This document shows, one piece after another, positions 40,216 through 50,865 of a stretch of DNA of 64,000 bases. Position 1 is the first letter of the stretch. Every line of letters starts with the position of its first letter. Position numbers and translations under genes: made by a program. The DNA is taken from assembly GCA_963735455.1 (NCBI GenBank), contig CAVTKZ010000002.1, forward strand, positions 326,009 through 390,008, read 5' to 3'. This DNA comes from an uncultured Chloroflexia bacterium. Its GTDB lineage: Bacteria; Chloroflexota; Limnocylindria; Limnocylindrales; CSP1-4. Under the pieces are notes generated by a model that ran no database searches, was not told the DNA's origin, and worked only from the letters and a program-made list of their open reading frames with translations.

Positions 40216-40784
40216 CGGAAGCAGCCCGGCAGGTGGTCGTCGACCAGCCCGACGCTCTGCATGAAGGCGTAGCTGATCGTCGGCCCGACGAATCGGAAGG
40301 AGCGAGCCTGGAGGTCCTTCGACAGGGCGACTGACGCCGGCGTGCTGGCCGGGATCTGGCCGGGCAAGGTGCCCGCCGGCAGCGTGCGTCCGGCGTCCGG
40401 GATGATCGTCCGCAGGTAGGCCGCGAAGCTGCCGAATTCCCGGCCGATGGCCAGCCAGCCGGCCGCGTTGCCGATCGTCGCCTCGATCTTGGCCCGATTG
40501 CGGACGATCGCCGCGTCGGCCATCAGCCGGGCCCGGTCCTCCTCGCCGAAGGCGGCCACGATCGCCGGATCGAACCCGCGGAATGCCGTCCGGAAGGCAG
40601 CCCGCTTGCGCAGGATCGTCGTCCAGGACAGGCCGGCCTGGAACGATTCGAGGCTGAGCCGCTCGAAGAGCTCCACGTCATCGCCCGTCGGACGGCCCCA
40701 TTCGTCATCGTGGTAGGCCGTCATCATCGGGTCCGGCCGGGGTCCGTCGGCGGCCGCCCACGAGCAGCGCGGGAGCGAGATCAC
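40203..40784 (-). CDS. tag: DNA-3-methyladenine glycosylase I
   Basis: RCSWAAAD..MTAYHDDEWGRP, LSLESFQAGLSWTTILRKR and FVGPTISYAFMQSVGLVDDH. The start is GTG 40784, which overlaps the upstream stop (GTGA). Confidence 0.85.
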   Translation of the reverse strand: MISLPRCSWAAADGPRPDPMMTAYHDDEWGRPTGDDVELFERLSLESFQAGLSWTTILRKRAAFRTAFRGFDPAIVAAFGEEDRARLMADAAIVRNRAKIEATIGNAAGWLAIGREFGSFAAYLRTIIPDAGRTLPAGTLPGQIPASTPASVALSKDLQARSFRFVGPTISYAFMQSVGLVDDHLPGCFRYRG

Positions 40785-42161
40785 GGGATTGGCCGGGTGT
40801 CGATCAGGGTGCTCCACATGTACGGATCGGTGGCCGGCGAACCGGCGTTGAAGACCTCCCGGAAGACCTCGGCGCTGACCGACTTCGTGCCCTTGCTGCC
40901 GCTCAGGATCACCTTGATCGGGCGGCCCGAGACGCCCTTGTCGGACAGGTCGAGCGTGCGCAGGGCGCCGACATCCGTGCGGGCGTCGCTGGCGAGGATC
41001 GCCGACAGCTGGGCCAGGCTGTAGGTCGCCGTCTGCCAGGTCGCGTGCGGCGAGGCGCTGTCATAGGCGACGCCGCTCGGGTCACGGTCGGACGAGCCGC
41101 GCAGGTAGCTGGCCGGCCCGGCCACGATCTGGCCGGTCGCCGAGGTGAAGACATTCTCGTTGTCCTCGGTCGCCCCGCCGTCGGCCGAGTGGTACAGGGC
41201 GTTGATGATCAGCGAGCCGCTGCGGAGGACCTGGCCGGCCGTGGCGGTCACGCTGGCGTTCGTCGCGGCGGTCTCGCCCAGGGCCCCGTGATAGACCTGC
41301 GAACGGGTATCGTCGAACAGGTCGTAGGCCCCCACCCCGACATGGACGTGGTTCTCGGCGTAGCTCCGGGCGGCAATCGCCTGGGCTCTCAGGGCTTGTG
41401 CCGGCCAGCTCGCGGGCATCTCGGCCGGGACGACTCCGAGCAGGTATGAGATCGAGGCCGACCTCGTTGACCGCGATCACCCCGGGCGTCGTCCTGAGCA
41501 GCCGGATCGCGCCCCGGTAGGTGTCGTCGGCAACCGGCTTCGTATCGACCTCGATCCGGCCTGGATCGGCCCCCGAGCGCAATCGAAGGTCGGCGACGGT
41601 GGTCGTCGCCGTGCGCAACAACGCGCCACCGGCCGAGTTCACCTGGATCGCGAAGCCGGCAGCCGCTGGCCAGACCTCGACCCGGGCCCCGATCGGGAAG
41701 GTCCCGGCCAGGCCGTCGACGGTGAATGGCGCGCCCCGACCGTGGAGCACGATCGACTTCGCGGCCGTCGGCGCGGACGGGGCCAGGACCAGGATCCGGA
41801 CCGGCGCGTTGGGGCTGACCGTCGAGGTCGTCGTGCCCTGGTAGTAGTGGGCCAGGATCGTTGCCGCGGCCTGGCCGGCCAGCGCCCGGCCGCGAGCCCC
41901 GTACTGGCTCATGCCCACGCCGTGGCCGTAGCCGCGGCCGTAGAAGGTGATCGCCGCCGGCCGGGCCCCCTTGACCGGAGTGAGCCCGCTCGGCGCCGGG
42001 CCGATCCGCGATGTTGGCGCGGCGGCGGCCGGCGAGGCGGCCGCTGACTGGGGTCCGCCGGCGGCGACCGGTCCGGCCGTCCCGAAACCAGCCACGATCA
42101 GCAGGACCAGGATGGTCGCGGTCGCGATCGCTCGCCCGACCCTGCGTGGCGAATCTGGCAT
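40781..42161 (-). pseudogene. SpoIID/LytB-domain protein (amidase enhancer-like), one frame break
   Basis: ATG 42161 is preceded by GGAGGAGCAG. Signal/TM segment MPDSPRRVGRAIATATILVLLIVAGFG, then FYGRGYGHGVGMSQYGA. After a shift near 41445 the sequence continues YLLGVVPAEMPASWPAQALRAQAIAARSYA...ALYHSADGGATE. Confidence 0.8.
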
Positions 42162-42218
42162 CTGCTCCTCCGGATGGGACGGCCCGTCGCCGGCCATTCG
42201 TTCGTGTAGCGTACCGCC

Positions 42219-43302
42219 ATGGAGACCGCGGTCCACGTCGTCGAGGTGCTCCTCGGGCTGTTCCTGATCGGGTACGTGGCCTGGGACGTCTTCAACACGG
42301 TGGCCCTGCCGCGGCCGACGCCGTCGGTCTACCGGCTGGCCCGCAACCTGACCCGCTGGTCGTGGCGAGCCTGGCGCTGGCAGGCGAACCGGATGACGAA
42401 CAGCCAGAAGCGGGAGCGCTGGCTGGGTGGCTTTGCGCCGCTGCTGGTCCTCGTCCTGCTCGTGACCTGGATCCTCTGTCCTGGTCATCGGCTTCGCCCT
42501 GATCGACCTGGCCGATGGCTCCGACTTTGCCCCGGCGATCGACAACTTCGGGACGGCCTTCTACGCCGCGGGGACCGGGCTCCTGACGATTGGCTTCGGC
42601 GACATCGTGCCGACCGCGATGCTCACCCGGCTGATCGTGCTCGCCTCGGCCGGGCTGGGCCTGGGCACGGTCGCCCTGGTGATCACCTACCTGTTCTCGC
42701 TGTACGGCTCCTTCCAGCGCCGGGAGGTCCTGGTCACGACCCTCGATGCCCGGGCAGGGGCGCCGCCGTCGGGCGTCGCACTGCTCGAGACCATCCAGCG
42801 GGCCGAGCTGCTCGACGAGCTGCCCGAGCTGTTTGCCGCCTGGGAGCGCTGGGCTGCCGAGGTCCTCGACAGCCACGTCGCCTACCCGGTCCTCGGCTAC
42901 TTCCGGTCGAGCCACGACAACGAATTGTGGATCGCCTCGCTCGGGGCGATGCTCGACGCCGCCGTCCTCGTGCTGACCACGGTCGAAGGCCAGCCGCGTG
43001 GCCGGGCCGAGATGCTGGTCGCGATCGGGGTCCACCTGGTCGAGGACGTCTCGAACTTCTTCGGCTTCCGGAACGATGGCCGGGTGGGGGTCGAGCGGGC
43101 CGAGTACGACACGGCTCGGGAGCGCCTCGAGGCGGCCGGCTATCCCGTCGAAAGCCCCGAGATCGGCTGGATCCTGTTCGCCCAGATCCGGGCCCGCTAC
43201 GCGTCCCGGCTCAATGAGCTGGCCGGCTTCTGGATGACCCCGCCGGCCCTCTGGATCGGCGATCGCAAGCTCGACAAGCACCATCCCAGGGTCATCGCCT
43301 GA
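42219..43302 (+). pseudogene. Two-TM potassium-channel-family protein with a cytoplasmic C-terminal domain, one frame break
   Basis: METAVHVVEVLLGLFLIGYVAWDVF... (42219 frame) continues, after a shift near 42478, as SVLVIGFALIDLADG...FYAAGTGLLTIGFGDIVPT (selectivity-filter-like TIGFGD) and joins ORF 42607..43302. TAGCGT lies 6 nt before the ATG. Confidence 0.75.
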
Positions 43303-46196
43303 CCGCCGCAGCGGGCCTCGCCGGACGCCAGCCCGGGCTCAGCCCCGGGCGAGCCGGCGGCAGCTCGATCACCCTCGCCGGCTTGAGCGGCGTGCCCGGA
43401 GTGGCAGGTGAAGTAGAGCACCTGGTGGCGGGTCGCGAGGTCCTCGATCGAGCGGGCGGCCCGCTCGGCCCGGACCGGGTCGAAGTTGACCAGGATGTCG
43501 TCCATCACGACCGGCAATGACTCGGCCTGCCGGGCGAAGTGCTCGACGAGGCCGAAACGCAGGGCGAGGTACAGCTGCTCGGCGGTCCCCGTCGACAGGC
43601 CGGCCAGGGGCACGATGACGCCGTCGTTGCGTTCCAGCTCCTGGACCTGCTTGCCGAGCGGGGCGAGGATCCGGACGTAGCGCCCGTCGGTCCACGTCGA
43701 CAGCAAGTGCCTCGGCCGCCTTGAGCACGTCCGGCCGGTGCTCTCGCTCGTAGCGGTCGCGGGTCCGGCGCAAGAAGGCGAGCGCGATTGTGGTGACGGA
43801 CCACGATTTCGGCGAGCTCCCGGATCTCGGTCAGATCCGGTCGGCCCGACGCTGGCGCAGGTCGGCCGATTGCCGCCGATCGTTCGATCCGGGCGATCGT
43901 CTCGCGCTCGGCGCCGAGTCCCTCGAGGACGGTCGCCCGGCGCTCCTCCAGGTCCGGTCGACTCGATTGAGCACGACGGCCAGCTCCGCCTGGATCCGCG
44001 GCGAGGTCGCCGATCGCGCGGAGGTCGATCTCGAAGGCAGCTAGCGCCTCGCCCGGACCGGACAGGGCCACGAGGGTCTCCTGCGCCGATTCGATCGCCC
44101 GCTCTGCGTCGGCCCGGCGGCCGGCCAGCGCGACCGCCGCCCGCAGCTCGATGGCATCGGCCGCTCCGCCTTCGGCGAGGATCGCAGCCTGATCGCCCCG
44201 GGCCGTCGCGAGGGCCGTCTCGTTGGCGGACAGGAGCGAATCGATCCGGACGAGCTCCGAGATCGCGCGATTCCTCGTGGCCGCTGCGCTGGATGTCACG
44301 CCAAGGTCGCGCCGGACCGCCTCGAGACCGGCAATCTGGTCGTCGGCCGGGCGGTGGAGGCCGGCGAGGAACGCGGCGCCGCGATCCTCGAAGTCCTTGA
44401 GCCGGGCGGCCGTCTCGGTCCGCCGGTCCTGGGCCGCGACCAGGCCGAGGAGCCCGGTGCGGACGCTCCGGACTCCCTCGATGAGGCGCGTCGCCGTCTC
44501 CCGGTCCAGGTCGGGCGGTAGGCCGTGCCCGGTCAGCCATGCATTCCAGGCGGCGGCCGCCGCGTCCGAGGCCGTCGTGGCCTGCGCGAGTCGCGCCTGG
44601 GCGTTGCCATTCCGTTCGACGAGCACCTGCAGGCGCTCGGTCCGCTCGGCGATCCGGGCGGCCCGCGAGTCGTCGATGGAGTCCGTTCGGAAGGACGGTC
44701 GGACGCCCGGCCCGCGCACGACCGGCCCAAGGAGCGCGGCGGCGACGCCGACAACAAGCCCAACCACGGCGCCGCCGGGGCCACCCAATCCGATCAGCAG
44801 CGCACTCTCGCCCGCGGTCAGGCCGACGAGCAGGCCGACGAGGAGCCAGGTCAACGAGGGGCGCCGCCCAGCGGCGGCGGCTCGCTCCGTCCCGGGACCG
44901 ACGGGAGTGGCAACGAGCGGGGCGATGGATCCCGGCGTCGCGATCGCCGCGAGCTCGGCGTTGGCATCACTCTGGTTCTGGGCGGCGGTGCTGGCTGCCG
45001 TCCGCGCCGCAGACAGGTCGCGCTCGACCGCCTCGAGCAGCGTCCGGAACTGTCCCGAGATCGCCCCCTGCGCCTCCAGGGAGTCGTCCACGCCGGCGAC
45101 CCGGGCCTCGTCCCAGCCGGGACCGAGCCGGCGAACAGCGTCGGCGACCGAGGCCGAGCGCTCCGCCAGATCGCGCTCCCGATCCACGAGGCGAGCCCGG
45201 TCGCCGCGGGCCTCGGCCAGCTCGGCCAGGAGCGCCTCGGCGGTCGGACGAGCGGCCAGCAGCCGCTCATCCACGGCGACACTGTCACGCTCGAGAGCCG
45301 CCTCGGCGCGCAGCGCCCTCGAGCTCGGCCCGCCGCTCGAGGAGGCCGGTGAGCTCACCCTCGACCCGGACGATGCGTTCGAGCAGGGCCGGTGACGGCT
45401 CCGGCCTGTCGGCCGCCGCGGGCGGCAGCTCGCCGAGCCGGGCCCGGGCCGAGGCGAGGGCCAGCCAGGCCGGCCAGCCATCGCGCAGGCGCTCGAGCCG
45501 CTGGCGGTCGACCGCGCTCGAGCCCAGCGCCTCCTTGAGCGCCCCGAGCTCGGCCTCGAGGGCAGTGCGTCGCTGGCCGGCCTCGCGGAAGGCCTCAGGC
45601 GGGTTGCTGGCCTCAATCCGACTCTCGAGATCGTCGATCTCGGTGAGCAGGACGTTGATCCGCGGGTTGCGGCCGCGCGGGACGAAGACCTCGGCGCGGA
45701 CCTTCTCGAGGGCATTCTCGACCTCGACGACCGAAGTCGCCCCGGTGCCCATCCCCGCACCGTAGATCCGATCGGCGATCGCGGGCCCGGTGAGCGTCTC
45801 GAACTCGGTCAGCTCCGACAGTCCGAAGGCAAAGATATTGCGGTAGACCGCCTTCTCGACGCCCTGCAGGATCCGCCCGAGGCGGTCAGGGCCGAGGTCG
45901 TCGCCGTCCCGGTCGAGGAGGCGCAGCTGGCCGCCGCCGCCGGTGGTGCCATAGCGCTCGACCCGGACTTGCTCGCCGCCGGCCGGGCTGACGATCAGCC
46001 AGCCACCGCGGCGGCCGCCGGCCAGCGCCCCGGGACTCTTCGGATCGAAGCCAAAGAGGATCGCCCGGATGAACGCCAGGAGGGTCGACTTGCCGGCCTC
46101 GTTCTCACCCCGGATCAAGGTCAGGCCTGGGGCGGGCTCGAGGCGCCGGTCGCGCAGCAGGCCGAATCCATCGACCGCGATCTCGTCGATCCGCAT
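43292..46196 (-). pseudogene. YhaN/SbcC-like AAA ATPase with long coiled coils and a central hydrophobic segment, at least 7 frame breaks
   Basis: The N-terminus is MRIDEIAVDGFGLLRDRRLEPAPGLTLIRGENEAGKSTLLAFIRAILFG (Walker A). A central SLTWLLVGLLVGLTAGESALLIGLGGPGGAVVGLVVGVAAALLGPVV follows. The C-terminus is LSTGTAEQLYLALRFGLVEHF...LPVVMDDILVNFDPVRAE...VLYFTCH (signature plus Walker B/D-loop). Shifts lie near 45315, with about six more between 43690 and 43990. The 3' end is ambiguous (43197 or 43292). Confidence 0.7.
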
Positions 46197-46200
46197 CGGC

Positions 46201-47472
46201 CTAGCCAGCCTCGTCGAGCTGGTCGATCACTCGGGCTTCGGCCGCGTCGAGATAGGCCAGGAGGTCGCTTGTCGACGGCTGGGCGCCGGCCAACGCTCGG
46301 CGGACCCGGGGCTGGTCGTACAGCTCGGCCAGCAGGTCGTGGAGGTCGGCTTCCTGGCCCTGGCGCAAGGCCGCCCGGCTGCGATCGAACTCACGGAGTG
46401 CCTCGCCGAGCAGGTCGCCGGTCTCGCGCCGAGCCGCCAGGTCGATGGACGGCCGGGTTTGGTCCCGGAGCGTCTCGAGCCAGGCAAACGGCTCGCCCGC
46501 CCCGAATCGCTGGCGGACGAGGTCGTGAGCATCGCGCAGGACCGCCGTTCGGCGGAGCGAGCCATGGAGAGGCCCTCGGCCGACCAGGGTCACGAGGGCG
46601 ACGATCGAGCGACCGGCGGCGTCGGCAGCCGCCTCGATGGCATCGCCGATCGCCTGGATCAGGACCTCCTCGGTCGCGACTCCGTCGATCGGCACGCTCA
46701 ATCGCTGCCATCGGACGACGTCCATCGGCCGGAACTCGGCCTCGACCCGGCCGTGCTCATCGACATTGACGAGGTAGCAGCCCCGGGGATCGGTCTCGCC
46801 CGGATCGCGGCCCTGGGGATTGCCGCAGTACACGATGGTCGGATCTGCCGCCCGCAGGATCCCGTGCCTGTGGATGTGACCGAGCGCCCAGTAGTCCATT
46901 CCGCTCGTGGCGAGGTCCGTGATCGAGCATGGCGCGTAGTTCGCATGGCCCTCGATCCCGCCGACATTGGCGTGGAGCAGGCCGATCGCGAACGGCTCGT
47001 CGCCGTCGCGGTGGAACGTGGCGGCGAGATTGCGGTTGACATCGCGAGTTGCGTAGCTGATGCCATGGACCCGGGCCAGCTCGACGCCGTCCCGGACCAG
47101 GGGTCGACTGGTGACCCCCGTCGCCGGGAAGCGGTAGGCCAGCTCCGGCCATGTCACCGCCGGCTCCCAGCCGTTCAACGGGTCGTGATTGCCTGTGACA
47201 ACGAAGGACGCGATGCGCTCACGCGCCAGCCGGTCGAGGCCGTCCCGAAACGCGACCTGGGCGCGCAGGGTCCGGTTGGCGCCTTCGAAGACGTCGCCGG
47301 CCACCAGCACAGCGTCGGCGTGGCTGTCAAGGGCCAGGGCCACGATCCGGTCCCAGCTGCGCAGGGTCGCGTCCCTGAGGGTGGTTGCGATCCGCTCGGG
47401 AACCGCCTGGCCGAGACCGAGGAACGGACTGTCGAGGTGCAGGTCGCCCGTGTGGACGAACCGGAGCCCCAC
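46201..47472 (-). CDS. Metallophosphoesterase, SbcD/YhaO-like DNA repair exonuclease
   Basis: FVHTGDLHLDSPF, VLVAGDVFE, VVTGNHD, GLLHANVGG and WALGHIH. It starts 4 nt after the greA stop. Confidence 0.85.
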   Translation of the reverse strand: MGLRFVHTGDLHLDSPFLGLGQAVPERIATTLRDATLRSWDRIVALALDSHADAVLVAGDVFEGANRTLRAQVAFRDGLDRLARERIASFVVTGNHDPLNGWEPAVTWPELAYRFPATGVTSRPLVRDGVELARVHGISYATRDVNRNLAATFHRDGDEPFAIGLLHANVGGIEGHANYAPCSITDLATSGMDYWALGHIHRHGILRAADPTIVYCGNPQGRDPGETDPRGCYLVNVDEHGRVEAEFRPMDVVRWQRLSVPIDGVATEEVLIQAIGDAIEAAADAAGRSIVALVTLVGRGPLHGSLRRTAVLRDAHDLVRQRFGAGEPFAWLETLRDQTRPSIDLAARRETGDLLGEALREFDRSRAALRQGQEADLHDLLAELYDQPRVRRALAGAQPSTSDLLAYLDAAEARVIDQLDEAG

Positions 47473-47476
47473 GCCG

Positions 47477-47939
47477 TCAGCGAACCTCGAGGATCCGGAA
47501 CCCGATCCGCCCCGACGGGATCACGACCTCGACGGCATCGCCCGGCTTCCGCCCGATCAGCGCCGCGCCGATCGGCGAGACGTTCGAGATCTTGTCAGTC
47601 CTGGGGCTGGCTTCGGCGGCTCCCACGATCTTGAACGTCGTCGTCTCGAGCGCGCCGGCCGGATCCATCCGCTCCACGACCACGGTCGAGCCGATCGCCA
47701 CGACACTGCCCCCGGTGCCCTCGACGACGACCGCATTGCGGAGCTGGTCCTCGAGCTGGCGGACGCGGCCTTCGGCGAACGACTGCTCGCGCCGAGCCTC
47801 GTGGTAGTCCGAGTTCTCCTTCAGGTCGCCCGAGCTCGCGGGCCGCGGCGATCCGGGTGACGATCGCCGGGCGCTGGACGTTGATCAGCTCGTCGAGCTC
47901 GGCCCGCAGGGCGATCAGGCCCTCGGGTGACAGCTGCAC
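47477..47939 (-). pseudogene. greA: Transcription elongation factor GreA, one frame break as sequenced
   Basis: GTG 47939 opens VQLSPEGLIALRAELDELINVQRPAIVTRIAAARELG. After an extra base in a CCC/GGG run at 47829-31 it continues DLKENSDYHEARREQSFAEGRVRQLEDQLRNAVVV...GSTVVVERMD...KISNVSPIGAALIGRKPGDAVEV. Confidence 0.8.
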
Positions 47940-48139
47940 GGCGGGTCCGGCCGGCCGGCCGGCAGCCTTGATCGCGGCGGCGGCGGCCCGCGCTGCCGCT
48001 CGGCGCCCGGGGCGTCGTGCTCCGTGGGCGGGCGCTGCTCGAGCGCAGCACCCCGGTCCGGCGGGTGGGATCCGAGGCCCCCCGCCTGCCGCTCGCCCCG
48101 GTCGCCCCGCGGGCGGCCGCCGCGGCTGCCGCGGCCCGT

Positions 48140-48766
48140 TCAGCCTTGCTGACCGGACCGTCGGCCTCCTCGGCCAGGAGCGCGCCCTTGATCCCATGCT
48201 GCTTGCGCTCGTTGGTGGCCGACTGGAGATTGGCCCAGGGCAGGACGACGCTCCGGTCGCGCAGGGCCGCCGCTGCCTCGGGGGTGACCCCCTGGGCAAA
48301 CGCCGACAGCAGCGCGTCTTCGTACTCCTCGGGCGCGGACGTCGGCGCCCACCAGACGCGCAGCTCGGACAGCACGGTCAGGGTCTTGAGCCAGTGACCG
48401 CCGGCGTGCGGCCGACGGTCGCCGAGGGGCGTCTTGACGAATGCGCCGACCCGGCCGCCAATCGACAGGTTGGTCATCCCGATGTACACGACGGTCTCGT
48501 CGGGCAGCCAGAACTCGCCCATCCGGACGGCCAGCTCGCGCTGGGTGGGCCGAGCGCCGTCGAGGGTCAGGCCGGGGACTCGCTCGATCCAGTGGGCGAC
48601 GAGGGTATGGTCGACTCGGCGCGGTCTTGAGCGGCGTGGCCAGCTCGACAACGTAGACCCCTGGGCCGCCAACCCGGATCGGGCTGCCCCAGCGGACCGG
48701 ACCGTCGGCGAGCAGGCCGACGGACCGGAGGAGCTCGGCCGCGCCGAGCGAGCGAGGTTCGGTCAT
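48140..48766 (-). pseudogene. Hypothetical protein with weak GIY-YIG-like motifs, at least one frame break, 3' end unresolved
   Basis: MTEPRSLGAAELLRSVGLLADGPVRWGSPIRVGGPGVYVVELATPL (48766 frame) continues, after a shift near 48620, as VDHTLVAHWIERVPG...ETVVYIGMTNLSIGGRVGAFVKTPLGDRRPHAGGHWLKTL.... The downstream 47940-48140 stretch is Ala/Arg/Gly-rich in every frame. Confidence 0.4.
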
Positions 48767-48803
48767 TCAGGATCCCAGTGCGGGACTCCCAGTGTAACCG
48801 GCC

Positions 48804-48836
48804 GCCTCTTCGCGGCGGCTTGCCCGCCGGAAGAGG
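48804..48836 (-). terminator. GC-rich hairpin just downstream of the helicase gene
   Basis: CCTCTTCGCGGCGG-cttg-CCCGCCGGAAGAGG forms a stem of about 13 bp with one bulge. It lies 20 nt after the stop at 48856. There is no clear U-tract. Confidence 0.35.
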
Positions 48837-48855
48837 AGCAGATAGGCGGGAGCGG

Positions 48856-50157
48856 CTAGCTCGACGCTCCGGAGTGACCCCGGATCGGCTTGCGGTGGGC
48901 GTGGCCGTGCTCGGGGGTGGCCGCCCCGGCCCCGAAGCCGTTGCCGCGACCCGAGCCGGAGCCCGCCCGGCCGCCCGGCCCGAAGCCGCGCAGGGGCCGC
49001 ACCTCGACCGAGCGATCGGGCACGAACTCCTCGACGACCTGGTAGGGGATCTGGTGCTTGAGCAGGCGCTGGACGCCCTTGAGCAGCTCGACCTCGTCCA
49101 TGCATACCAGGGAGATCGCCATCCCGGACGCGCCGGCCCGGCCGGTCCGGCCGATCCGGTGGATGTAGTCCTGGGGCTCGAACGGCAGCTCGAAGTTGAC
49201 GACGTAGGGCAGCTCTTCGATGTCCAGCCCGCGTGACGCGACGTCGGTCGCGACGAGGCAGGTCACCTCGCCGGTCTTGAAGTCCTCGAGGGCCCGGGTC
49301 CGCTCGGGCTGGCTCCGGTCGCTGTGGATCGCGACCGCCGCCACGCCGCGTCGGTCGAGGTACGACGCGAGGCGGCTGGCCGCCAGCTTGGTCCGGGTGA
49401 AGATCAGGACCTGCTGCATGTGATCGCGCCGGATCAGGTGCAGCAGCAGCTCTTCCTTGCGCTCCCGATCGACCGGGTAGAGGACCTGCTCGACGCCCTC
49501 GGCGGCCGTGTTCCGCCGGGCGACCTCGACGATCGCGGGATTGGTCAGGAACTCGCTGGCCAGGCGCCGGATCTCGTCCGAGAAGGTTGCCGAGAAGAGC
49601 ATCGTCTGGCTGCGACTGGGCAGCACCGCGACGATCTTGCGGATGTCGGGGATGAAGCCCATGTCGAGCATCCGGTCGCCCTCATCGAGGACCAGGACCT
49701 CGACCTGGCTCAGGTTCACCGTGCGCTGGCCCATGTGGTCCATCAGCCGGCCCGGGGTGGCGACCAGGATCTCGATGCCGCCCCGGAGCTCCTTGATCTG
49801 GGGATCGATCGGGACCCCGCCGTAGACCACCGCCGAGCGCAGGGGGACGTACTTGCCATACGTGGCGACGCTCTCGGCGATCTGCATCGCCAGCTCGCGG
49901 GTTGGCGTCAGGACCAGGGCCCGGACGGGATGGCGGGCGGGCGAGAAGCTGGTGTTGGCCTGGACCTTGAGCCGCTCGAGGATCGGCAGGGTGAACGCGG
50001 CGGTCTTGCCGGTTCCCGTCTGCGCGGCGGCGAGCACGTCGCGGCCCGCGAGTACCAGGGGGATCGCCTCGGCCTGGACGGGCGTTGGCTCGGTGTAACC
50101 CTCCTCGGCCACAGCCTTGAGGATGTCGGCCGAAAGGCCGAGGGTATCGAACGACAA
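48856..50157 (-). CDS. rhlE: DEAD-box ATP-dependent RNA helicase (RhlE-like), motif II reads DEGD
   Basis: The start is set at in-frame TTG 50157, giving MSFDTLGLSADILKAVAEEGYTEPTPVQ (Q motif). Other motifs are AQTGTGKTAAF, PTRELA, VLDEGDRMLDMGF, SAT and HRIGRTGRAG. The C-terminal tail is Gly-rich. The upstream 273 codons of ORF 48856..50976 are not protein-like. Confidence 0.9.
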   Translation of the reverse strand: MSFDTLGLSADILKAVAEEGYTEPTPVQAEAIPLVLAGRDVLAAAQTGTGKTAAFTLPILERLKVQANTSFSPARHPVRALVLTPTRELAMQIAESVATYGKYVPLRSAVVYGGVPIDPQIKELRGGIEILVATPGRLMDHMGQRTVNLSQVEVLVLDEGDRMLDMGFIPDIRKIVAVLPSRSQTMLFSATFSDEIRRLASEFLTNPAIVEVARRNTAAEGVEQVLYPVDRERKEELLLHLIRRDHMQQVLIFTRTKLAASRLASYLDRRGVAAVAIHSDRSQPERTRALEDFKTGEVTCLVATDVASRGLDIEELPYVVNFELPFEPQDYIHRIGRTGRAGASGMAISLVCMDEVELLKGVQRLLKHQIPYQVVEEFVPDRSVEVRPLRGFGPGGRAGSGSGRGNGFGAGAATPEHGHAHRKPIRGHSGASS

Positions 50158-50292
50158 GCGGCGGGTGGCTCCTGTGCGCCCATCGTGAACGGCGTCGGGG
50201 TTGGGCAGCCGGACGGGCGGGTCGAGGCCGAGTCTACGGGATTCGCCCGGAACGCGAAGGCGATCGAGGCTCCAGCGGATTACGATTGGCCG

Positions 50293-50865
50293 ATGAAGAG
50301 TCCCGATCGCCTCCACTACACCGGTGACGACGCCGCGGACCGCCTGATCGCGGTCGATCCATTGGCCCTCCTGATCGGCTTCACCCTCGACCAGCAGGTG
50401 ACCGTCCAGAAGGCGTTCAGCGGCCCGCTCGAGCTGACCCGGCGGACCGGCCGGGCCCTCGACGCCCGGGCGATCGCGGCGATGGATCCCGCCGAGCTGG
50501 CCGGGATCTTCCAGGAGCGGCCGGCGATCCACCGCTTCCCGGGCGCGATGGCCGGCCGGGTCCAGGCCCTGTGCAGCGCGATCGCGACCGACTACGACAA
50601 CGACGCCGCCTCGGTGTGGACCGGCGCCAAGGACGCCCGCGACCTCCAGAAGCGCCTGCTGGGCCTGCCCGGGATCGGCGAGATGAAGGCCCGCACGATC
50701 ACCGCGGTCCTGGCCAAGCGCTACGGCCTCGAGCTGCCGGGCCTGGCCGAGGCGCTGCCCAGGCACCCGACCCTGGGCGACGTGGATTCGCCCGAGGCCC
50801 TGGCCTCCTACCAGGCCGGCAAGCGAGCCCACAAGGCGGAGCTGCGAGCCGCCGCCAAGGGCTAA
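50293..50865 (+). CDS. HhH-GPD-type base-excision-repair family protein
   Basis: MKSPDRLHYTGDDAADRLIAVDPLALLIGFTLDQQVTVQKAFSGP...LLGLPGIGEMKARTITAVLAKRYG includes the helix-hairpin-helix. TACGAT lies 6 nt before ATG 50293. Confidence 0.7.
   Translation: MKSPDRLHYTGDDAADRLIAVDPLALLIGFTLDQQVTVQKAFSGPLELTRRTGRALDARAIAAMDPAELAGIFQERPAIHRFPGAMAGRVQALCSAIATDYDNDAASVWTGAKDARDLQKRLLGLPGIGEMKARTITAVLAKRYGLELPGLAEALPRHPTLGDVDSPEALASYQAGKRAHKAELRAAAKG

Noticed and set aside
47940-48140. An Ala/Arg/Gly-rich stretch between greA and the upstream hypothetical gene; it could be a GreA N-terminal extension or the upstream gene's tail
   Set aside because: All three frames are open and equally low-complexity, so I cannot assign it without homologue alignment. 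It is left unannotated.
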